From contig NC_022359.1 in assembly GCF_000354175.2 (NCBI RefSeq), forward strand, positions 300,001-332,000: a DNA stretch of 32,000 nt. Reading direction: 5' to 3'. Under the pieces are notes generated by a model. That model searched no databases. It saw nothing but the letters and a program-made list of their open reading frames with translations, and was not told where the DNA came from. This document shows, piece after piece, positions 25,469 through 32,000 of the stretch (positions within the stretch are counted from its first letter, which is position 1; every line of letters starts with the position of its first letter). The stretch comes from Vibrio alginolyticus NBRC 15630 = ATCC 17749 (GTDB lineage Bacteria > Pseudomonadota > Gammaproteobacteria > Enterobacterales > Vibrionaceae). Position numbers and translations under genes: made by a program.

Positions 25469-26745
25469 CGTCTGCACTTTTGTTTGGCAGCTTTGGTCTG
25501 CTTCTGCTCATTGGCGTTCCGGTCGGTATTGCTCTGGCGGCAGCCAGTATGGTCGCGATATTAAGCCTGCCATTCCTTAACATCGAGTTTTTAGTCCAAG
25601 GAATGGTAACAGGGCTCGACTCCTTCCCTCTCCTCGCCGTCGTTCTTTTTACCTTAGCAGGTAACCTTATGAGCCAAGGAGGGATCTCAAAACGATTATT
25701 GCATGTGGCGGAGGTCTTCTTTGGCCACTTTACTGGCGGGCTTGGTATCGTGGCCATTGTGGCGTGTATGTTCTTCGCATCCATCTCTGGTACAGGGTCT
25801 GCCACTGTTGCCGCTATCGGCCTGACGATGATTCCTTCGATGGTGAAGAAAGGCTACGACCGCAGCTTTGCAGGTGCTTTAATCGCGTCCTCCGGCGGAA
25901 TTGGCGTCATTATTCCACCCTCTGTGGTGATGATCGTCTACGCGATCACTGCTGAAGTCTCCGTCACTAAGATGTTCATGGCGGGAATCATTCCTGGCTT
26001 GGTCGTCGGTATGGTATTGATCGGCTATTGTCTAATTGTGTCAAAAATGCGGGGCTACACAGGTAACGAGCGCAAAGCGACCTGGGCAGAGCGTCTTGAT
26101 GCGTTAAAAGAAGCCAGTTGGGCAATGCTACTACCCGTGATCATTCTCGGCGGTATCTATTCTGGTATCTTCACACCTACCGAATCAGCCGCCATTGGTG
26201 TGCTCTATGGCTTATTCTTTGGCATGTTTGTTTATAAAGAGCTCAAACCAGCGCAAGTGGTGAAAATCATTCTAGAGTCGTCACTGTTAGTTGGCGCTGT
26301 GCTCGTCATTGTGGGTGCGTCCGTGACGTTTGGCCGCATATTGACCCTAGAACGTCTGCCGACTGAAATTGCTCAGTTCATTCTATCGATTACCGAAAAC
26401 AAACTTCTGATACTGCTTTGCATCAATGTCCTGTTGTTGCTCGTCGGTACCTTTATGGAAACGCTGGCAGCGATTGTTATTCTCACACCAATTCTGTTAC
26501 CCATTACGTCAGCACTCGGCATGGATCCCGTTCATTTTGGTATCGTGATGATCGTGAACTTGGCCATTGGCTTTGTTACGCCTCCTCTGGGAGCCAACCT
26601 GTTTATGGCAAGTCAGGTAGGCAAAGTACCGATAGAGTCGCTCTCTAAAGCCATCATGGGTTGGATTGGAGCAATGATAGTGGCCTTGATGTTGATTACC
26701 TTCATCCCTGCCATCTCGCTATCATTACCTGCGCTTTTATCCTGA
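25465..26745 (+). CDS. TRAP transporter large permease (DctM type)
   Basis: 426 aa polytopic protein with DctM-like blocks (ISGTGSATVAAIG, FVTPPLGANLF). Confidence 0.9.
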   Translation: MTSALLFGSFGLLLLIGVPVGIALAAASMVAILSLPFLNIEFLVQGMVTGLDSFPLLAVVLFTLAGNLMSQGGISKRLLHVAEVFFGHFTGGLGIVAIVACMFFASISGTGSATVAAIGLTMIPSMVKKGYDRSFAGALIASSGGIGVIIPPSVVMIVYAITAEVSVTKMFMAGIIPGLVVGMVLIGYCLIVSKMRGYTGNERKATWAERLDALKEASWAMLLPVIILGGIYSGIFTPTESAAIGVLYGLFFGMFVYKELKPAQVVKIILESSLLVGAVLVIVGASVTFGRILTLERLPTEIAQFILSITENKLLILLCINVLLLLVGTFMETLAAIVILTPILLPITSALGMDPVHFGIVMIVNLAIGFVTPPLGANLFMASQVGKVPIESLSKAIMGWIGAMIVALMLITFIPAISLSLPALLS

Positions 26746-26778
26746 TCGTTGCACTCATAGAGCGCTTATGACTGTTAT

Positions 26779-26815
26779 AGCCACTAGATAAATACCTTTC
26801 TAGTGGCTTATTCGT
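26779..26815 (+). terminator. Terminator after the TRAP operon
   Basis: AGCCACTAGA (26779-26788) pairs with TCTAGTGGCT (26799-26808), followed by TATTCGTT. Confidence 0.65.
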
Positions 26816-26844
26816 TATCTACTTCCGATTTAATAAAAAAGCCT

Positions 26845-26864
26845 TTAAGCATTCGTATGCAAAA
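26845..26864. promoter_or_regulatory. Orphan operator-like site C
   Basis: TTAAGCATTCGTATGCAAAA is 17/20 identical to site B. No gene start lies within about 390 bp downstream. Confidence 0.5.
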
Positions 26865-27186
26865 GGAGAATTTGAAAGATATAAGGATAATTGACACCAA
26901 AATAGCTGAATATTAGCGATAAAGTCTATTTGGGTGCCTTGATCTGCATGATTATCAGTTTTGGCTTAATCATTTATTTCCATTCAAACAGATCAAAATA
27001 AATTAAGCGATTAAAAAACAATAAGATATTAGGAAATTCATACAAAAAACTTTGACCTCCTTTCTTATTAACACGTCTCGATAAGAGATAGCTTCCATCT
27101 CTCCTGTACTTTTTTAGTTTATTTTCCGCTCAATTGTTAAAAATCTGATCATCAGCACGCTATTTAAACAATCGAAAAACAATCCG

Positions 27187-27230
27187 TTGACAAAATGGCA
27201 ACATGATATATTTTGAATACGTAATCAAAA
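27187..27230 (+). promoter_or_regulatory. Promoter of the NTF2-NTF2-SSS operon with overlapping operator, site D
   Basis: TTGACA (27187-27192), 16-bp spacer, TATTTT (27209-27214). Operator TTTTGAATACGTAATCAAAA (27211-27230). The geometry is identical to site B. Confidence 0.65.
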
Positions 27231-27258
27231 CATAATTATTCAATTACGGAGGTGATTT

Positions 27259-28233
27259 ATGGCCATGGTTGGCTTCGATGAAAAGTGGCGTGATTTTCCC
27301 GACTACATTCTTGGTATCACAAAAGAGATTTGGGAAGACCGAGGTTTAAACACCTTAGAACACTACTACTCTCCCGACATTGTTGTGCGTACTCCACTCT
27401 CTATCGTTCAAGGAAACGAAGGGGTGATCAGTGCAACAATGGCGACACTGGCCGAGTTTCCCGATCGCACGCTATATGGCGAAGACGTCATTTGGTCAGG
27501 CACCCCGGAACAAGGCATGCTTTCTTCTCATCGAATCATCTCTACTGCAACACACAGTGGCAACGGCTTCTATGGGCAAGCTTCGAACCGCAAGCTTCGT
27601 TTCCGTATTATCGCAGATTGCCATGCTATCAATAACCAAATCAATGACGAATGGTTGGTTCGCGATCAAGCCGATATCGCGAAACAACTGGGCATGACGT
27701 CAGAAGAGTTTGCACGCCAACAAATCGAATTTGAAGGTGGCGTGGAATCAAGCCCATTTCCGTTCACTCCTGAAGTCGACATTCCTGGACCTTATTTGGG
27801 CGTAGGCAACGACAACGAATATGGTCAGCGCTACGAAGCAATTCTCAGAAGCCTTATGAATGCCGAGTTCTCTATAGTACCGAAAGAGTACGACCGCGCT
27901 TGCATCGGCGAATACACTGGCGGTCAAACTGCCCTATCACACTCGGAAGTCGATCATTTTTGGATGGCACTTCGTGCGTCTTTCCCAAATGCTCAATTTA
28001 CCGTTCACCATCGTATTGGCCGAGATGACGACATGATGTCACCACGCGCTGCAATTCGATGGTCTTTGCACGGTAAGCATGAGGGATATGGGATGTTTGG
28101 TAAGCCTTCGGGGAAAGAGGTTTACATCATGGGGATCAGCCACGCTGAGTTTGGCCCTTGGGGTCTTCGTCGCGAATTCACTTTGTTTGACGAGACCGCA
28201 ATCTGGAAGCAAATCCTGCTACAGCAAGGCTAA
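27259..28233 (+). CDS. Tandem SnoaL/NTF2-like (ester-cyclase-like) two-domain protein, paralogue 2 (more divergent)
   Basis: RBS GGAGGTGA. Each half carries the W....GL..L...Y.PD / FPD...........SHR..../ G..(S/P).(R/G)K......I....INDEWLVRD type pattern. The second half has FPNAQFTVHH ... GKPSGKEVYIMGISHAEF ... FDETAIWKQI. Confidence 0.72.
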   Translation: MAMVGFDEKWRDFPDYILGITKEIWEDRGLNTLEHYYSPDIVVRTPLSIVQGNEGVISATMATLAEFPDRTLYGEDVIWSGTPEQGMLSSHRIISTATHSGNGFYGQASNRKLRFRIIADCHAINNQINDEWLVRDQADIAKQLGMTSEEFARQQIEFEGGVESSPFPFTPEVDIPGPYLGVGNDNEYGQRYEAILRSLMNAEFSIVPKEYDRACIGEYTGGQTALSHSEVDHFWMALRASFPNAQFTVHHRIGRDDDMMSPRAAIRWSLHGKHEGYGMFGKPSGKEVYIMGISHAEFGPWGLRREFTLFDETAIWKQILLQQG

Positions 28234-28282
28234 CGGCTGATTAAACACTATTCATTCAAATCACAGACAGTAAGGAAGCAAC

Positions 28283-29278
28283 ATGTCACTCAACATCATC
28301 GAACAGTTCTACCAGAACTACTTCAACGCCGCAGATAAAGAGCAAAAACAGGCCGCTCTGCAAGCTTTGAACCCTGACGTAAAATGGTGCGTGGCGCACC
28401 CTGTGAACGATCTCAATGGCCCAGATGCAACCCACGAATCTTTCCTCTCACCACTTGTTAATGCTTTGCCTGATGCCGAACGCCGACCAATGATTGTGAT
28501 GCACGGCGAATACGAAGGCCGTACTTGGTACAACTCTACTGGTTACTTTATCGGTACGTTTGAACAGTCACTGTTTGGCATCCCTGCAACAGGGAAAACA
28601 CTCTACTTACGTTACACCGAAATGGTGTGTGTGGAGAACGACCAAATCACCGAATCATACATGATTCCAGACTTCATCGATGCGATGAATCAAGCGGGAA
28701 GCAACCCTCTTAGAAAAAGCTTAGGCCACGATGGCTTAGTCCCTTCTCCTGCGACGTCAAACGGTATCCAACATTCTGTTGTGTCTCTGAAAGAAAGTGA
28801 GAAGAGCGCCCAATTAGTCGAAGATATGTTGTCTTGCTTGGGTCGTTTTGATGGTCAAGATCTCTTCTCGATGGATTTAGAAAACTACTGGCACAGTGAC
28901 TTTATGTGGTACGGCCCAGCAGGTATTGGCACTACGCGCGGTATCAAAGGTTTCCGTAACCACCATCAAGCACCATTCGTGTTCGCCTTCCCTGATCGAA
29001 GTGTCGATATTGAGGTCAATTTTTTGGCCAAAAATGACTACGTATCCACAGGTGGTTGGCCGCATATGCATGGTACTCATACTGGTCACAGTGGCTGGCT
29101 CGGTCTTGCTCCGACAGGAAAACACATCGAACTTCGCGTTATGGACATTTGGCGACGCGAAGGCGATTTACTGAAGGAAAACTGGGTGGCGATCGACATC
29201 GTTCATATCCTGCTGCAACTTGGATACGACGTATTTGCACAAATGAAAGAACAGTTAGAAGGACCTAATTATGCATGA
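28283..29278 (+). CDS. Tandem SnoaL/NTF2-like two-domain protein, paralogue 3 (closest to paralogue 1)
   Basis: See paralogue 1 for the colinear blocks. RBS AAGGAAG. The stop overlaps the SSS start by 8 nt. Confidence 0.75.
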   Translation: MSLNIIEQFYQNYFNAADKEQKQAALQALNPDVKWCVAHPVNDLNGPDATHESFLSPLVNALPDAERRPMIVMHGEYEGRTWYNSTGYFIGTFEQSLFGIPATGKTLYLRYTEMVCVENDQITESYMIPDFIDAMNQAGSNPLRKSLGHDGLVPSPATSNGIQHSVVSLKESEKSAQLVEDMLSCLGRFDGQDLFSMDLENYWHSDFMWYGPAGIGTTRGIKGFRNHHQAPFVFAFPDRSVDIEVNFLAKNDYVSTGGWPHMHGTHTGHSGWLGLAPTGKHIELRVMDIWRREGDLLKENWVAIDIVHILLQLGYDVFAQMKEQLEGPNYA

Positions 29279-31004
29279 GTTTGGCGCACTTAACTGGAGC
29301 ATCCTTGGCGGATACATTGCCCTAACGTTAGTACTGGGCGCAGTAATTGGTAAGCGAGTCACTTCTGCGAGCCAATTCGCCTTGGGTGACAAAAACATTC
29401 CTTGGTGGGCGATCGGTATTTCAGTCGTTTGTACTTACGTCAGTGCCATGTCGTTTCTTGGTGGGCCGGCTTGGTCATACAAAGAAGGCCTATCGGTAAT
29501 CGCGATTCACCTCAATTACCCGCTCGTGATCTTCTTCATCGTGGCTGTATTCATGCCGTTTTTCTACAATAACGGTTTAACCTCTATATACGAGTATCAA
29601 GAACGACGCTTCGGTAAGGCTTCACGACTGACATTGTCGTTTATCTTCCTTATCAAACAAGCATTGAGCTCGGCAGCGGTACTCTATGCGACAGCAATGA
29701 TTTTAGAGTTCATCACAGGTATCGACGTGATGTACTGCATCATGATCGTCACTGCAATTGCCCTTATCTACACCGTAATGGGCGGTATCGCGGCTGTCAT
29801 TTGGACTGATGTGATTCAAGCTGTGATCTTGTTTATTGGCGCATTCATCATCATCGAAGCCGTATGGAATGGCATGCCTGCCCCGATGACGGAGGTAATG
29901 GCAGAACTCAAAGCGAAAGGAATGACAGATGCCCTACAGACAAGTTTTGACCTAAGCCAAGTAACGACTGTATGGGCTGGCGTTATCGCAATGACGATGT
30001 TCCACACCACCGTGTATGGCGGTAACCAAATGATGGTACAGCGCTGTATGGCCGCGAAAAACATGGGCGATGCGAAAAAGGCAATGTTGATGATGGGCTA
30101 CGTGGCCTTCTTTATTTACTTTGTCTTTATCTTGCTTGGCGTCCTGTTCAACGCTTATTACGACGGTAAAGAGTTTGAAAACGGCAACACCATCATTCTT
30201 CATTATGCGAGTGAATATGGAATGCCAGGCTTGATGGGCATCATTGCCGCTGCGATTCTGGCGGCAAGTATGTCGAGTCTCGATTCCGCATTTAACTCAA
30301 TGGCGACCGTTTCTGTGGCTGACTTTTACAAACGCTTCTACAAGCAAAACGAGTCGGAAGAGCATTACTTAAAGGTATCGCGTTTCTTCACGGTGGCGTG
30401 GGCGATTTTGGTCATCATTCCAGCGATCATGTTTGCCACCAGCACAGGCTCGGTACTGGAAGTGCTGAGTAAGGCAGGCTCTTACTTTGTCGGTGCGAGC
30501 TTCTGTATGTTCGTCCTTGGTTTCTACTCAAAACACATTACGGAAAAAGGCTTGTTAATTGGCGTTGCTGCTAGCTTCTTGGTGATCTGGTATGTAGCCG
30601 TTGCGACCGATATTGCGTGGCCTTGGTATTGCGTGATTGGCGTCCTTGTGAATGCCGTTGTCGCTTACATTGCTAGCCTTCTCCTGACGGGTAAACAAGA
30701 TGAAATGCATCTTTACACAGTGAAAGGCCAGCAAGCGGAATATGCTCGTCTAAATAAACCAATCAAGGAAGATGGTTGGTATGTCGTTCCCGGCAAAATC
30801 GATGCTCCATGTTATGGTTTACTAGTGATGTTTGTATTCTCTCTCGTGATGCTTTGGGGGATCAACGCGTTTACCGACAACGCTCCTATGCTGATTAACT
30901 TTATGCGTGGCTGCTCTATTCTTGTCGCTACCGCTTGCATCGGATACATGGGGTATTCACTCCTCTCCCCGAAACGTAAAGTTGCAGTCAAACAAGCAAA
31001 TTAA
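29271..31004 (+). CDS. Sodium:solute symporter (SSS) family transporter 2, paralogue of 11970..13511
   Basis: Shares long blocks with the sdaA-linked SSS: TYVSAMSFLGGPAW, IHLNYPLVIFF, GLTSIYEYQERRFG, GGIAAVIWTD. It carries a longer C-terminal extension (577 vs 513 aa). Confidence 0.87.
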   Translation: MHEFGALNWSILGGYIALTLVLGAVIGKRVTSASQFALGDKNIPWWAIGISVVCTYVSAMSFLGGPAWSYKEGLSVIAIHLNYPLVIFFIVAVFMPFFYNNGLTSIYEYQERRFGKASRLTLSFIFLIKQALSSAAVLYATAMILEFITGIDVMYCIMIVTAIALIYTVMGGIAAVIWTDVIQAVILFIGAFIIIEAVWNGMPAPMTEVMAELKAKGMTDALQTSFDLSQVTTVWAGVIAMTMFHTTVYGGNQMMVQRCMAAKNMGDAKKAMLMMGYVAFFIYFVFILLGVLFNAYYDGKEFENGNTIILHYASEYGMPGLMGIIAAAILAASMSSLDSAFNSMATVSVADFYKRFYKQNESEEHYLKVSRFFTVAWAILVIIPAIMFATSTGSVLEVLSKAGSYFVGASFCMFVLGFYSKHITEKGLLIGVAASFLVIWYVAVATDIAWPWYCVIGVLVNAVVAYIASLLLTGKQDEMHLYTVKGQQAEYARLNKPIKEDGWYVVPGKIDAPCYGLLVMFVFSLVMLWGINAFTDNAPMLINFMRGCSILVATACIGYMGYSLLSPKRKVAVKQAN

Positions 31005-31013
31005 TCTTCTTTA

Positions 31014-31052
31014 CGTAGATACTGTACGTCCAACAAACGGACAGTATCTACG
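31014..31052 (+). terminator. Strong stem-loop after SSS-2
   Basis: Perfect 12-bp inverted repeat CGTAGATACTGT (31014-31025) / ACAGTATCTACG (31041-31052). No T-run follows. Confidence 0.45.
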
Positions 31053-31083
31053 CACTAGATCTAGTGCTAGCTCAAAGCAAACC

Positions 31084-31110
31084 AAATGGGTTAACCCACA
31101 TTTTGCTTTT
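31084..31110 (+). terminator. Weak terminator-like hairpin with a T-run
   Basis: The palindrome TGGGTTAACCCA (31087-31098) is flanked by AAA and CATTTTGCTTTTT. Confidence 0.4.
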
Positions 31111-31221
31111 TAATACTCCAAAGCCATTATTCTACTTAGGATACCCCGTCAGAACATTTATGAATACGTACCTATTTATGCTAGTCTTATGACCTCAATT
31201 ACTGGCAACTAAGTTTTATTC

Positions 31222-32000
31222 ATGAAATCAATTAAACACGTAGTCACATCAAAAGATGTGGCAAAGATGGCAGGCGTCTCTCAATCTACTGTATCGCGCG
31301 TGTTTGTTCCGGGTAGCTCAGTATCCGAAAAGACCAAGCAAAAAGTCTTTGAAGCGGCTAAAGCCCTTAACTACCGCCCTAACGCCTTTGCACGTAGCCT
31401 GACCACAAACGAATCGAAATTGATAGGTTTGGTGTTTCCTGATGCGGATTACCCTATCCATATGAAAACACTGCAATTAATTTCCAGTGAGTTACAGAAA
31501 AAAGGTTATTCTGCCGTATTGATTCCATGGCAAGTGGATGAAGAAGAGGGCCACTCAATCCCAAATATCTTCCAGTATCGCGTCGATGGTGTCATTGCTG
31601 CTTCCGCAACCTTCAATAAGTCCCTTTATGAAGAATGTGAAGAGTTTAATATCCCAATTGTTCAATACGCACGAGTTGTTGAAGGTACTAGGAGTAGCTA
31701 CGTTATCAGTGACAACTACGAAGCAGGCCAACAAGCTGCGCAACTTCTGCACAAAAGTGGCGTGAAGAACGCGGTTTATTTGACGGGAGAAGTGCCAACC
31801 TTTACGAATGACGAACGTCAAAGCGGCTTCTGCTCTGAATTTGAAGACCTAACCGGCAAGACGCCACGCATCATTGAAGCCAGCTATGACTACGCGAGCT
31901 CACTTGATAAAGTCCGTGCCATACTGGCAGACAAAAATCGGCCTGAAGCGGTGTTCTGTGCAACCGATAACCTTGCGATGGCGGTCATGGATATCGCCCG
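31222..32000 (+). CDS. LacI-family transcriptional regulator 2 (3' end beyond the window)
   Basis: Not in the ORF track because it has no stop inside the window. Frame 1 from ATG 31222 reads MKSIKHVVTSKDVAKMAGVSQSTVSRVFVPGSSVSEKTKQKVFEAAKALNYRPNAFARSL..., open to nt 32000, ending ...AVFCATDNLAMAVMDIA. Confidence 0.88.
   Translation, partial: MKSIKHVVTSKDVAKMAGVSQSTVSRVFVPGSSVSEKTKQKVFEAAKALNYRPNAFARSLTTNESKLIGLVFPDADYPIHMKTLQLISSELQKKGYSAVLIPWQVDEEEGHSIPNIFQYRVDGVIAASATFNKSLYEECEEFNIPIVQYARVVEGTRSSYVISDNYEAGQQAAQLLHKSGVKNAVYLTGEVPTFTNDERQSGFCSEFEDLTGKTPRIIEASYDYASSLDKVRAILADKNRPEAVFCATDNLAMAVMDIA

Noticed and set aside
26872-26916. 14-codon TTG-initiated ORF just after operator-like site C
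   Set aside because: Only 3 nt separate the AGGAG from the TTG. It is too short, and nothing supports translation.
31538-31821. ORFs 31538-31765 (plus, frame 2) and 31555-31821 (minus)
   Set aside because: Both overlap the open frame-1 LacI-2 gene, which has an unmistakable HTH and runs off the window.
13851-32000. Mobile genetic island or defence system interpretation of the accessory block
   Set aside because: I found no integrase, transposase, flanking tRNA, terminal direct repeats, nuclease/ATPase/methylase defence-type genes or toxin-antitoxin pairs. The content is transporters, metabolic enzymes and sugar-type repressors.

Overview
The window looks like a Vibrio-type gammaproteobacterial segment; this is inferred from gene content, AT-rich spacers and codon usage, with no taxonomic search possible. 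It splits into three blocks.

(1) nt 1-10.6 kb is a maltodextrin/glycogen utilisation cluster. It holds the 3' part of a PulA-type pullulanase with two extra C-terminal binding-like modules, a modular secreted endonuclease I, a GH13 amylase lipoprotein, a small lipoprotein built from one copy of the pullulanase tail module, lamB-malM, and a divergent glgX. Candidate MalT boxes lie in the lamB/glgX spacer.

(2) nt 10.6-13.5 kb is a sodium:solute symporter plus L-serine dehydratase operon with a good CRP site upstream.

(3) nt 13.8-32 kb is the interesting part: a dense catabolic-looking locus that I cannot assign to any known pathway.
- Transport: an MFS transporter, a DctPQM-type TRAP system, a second SSS symporter and a dedicated general porin.
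- Enzymes: a HisD-like dehydrogenase, an SDR, a bicupin, an alpha/beta hydrolase and an HpcH/HpaI-type aldolase.
- Signature genes: three paralogous proteins, each made of two SnoaL/NTF2-like (ester-cyclase-like) domains.
- Regulation: two LacI-family regulators. A 20-bp palindrome (TTTTGsATwCGwATsCAAAA) recurs at five promoter-proximal or intergenic positions, twice with identical -35/-10/operator geometry, and appears to tie the block into one regulon.

Smaller oddities:
- A probable ATT start codon on one LacI gene.
- Two short tandem-repeat arrays, one triplicating a stop-codon region and one triplicating a Shine-Dalgarno, inside one operon spacer.
- A strong codon-usage contrast between the NTF2 paralogues.
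- A GC-rich structured spacer before the porin.

I saw no rRNA, tRNA, CRISPR array, transposase, integrase or recognisable defence genes. All functional calls come from reading motifs by eye; no database search was possible.
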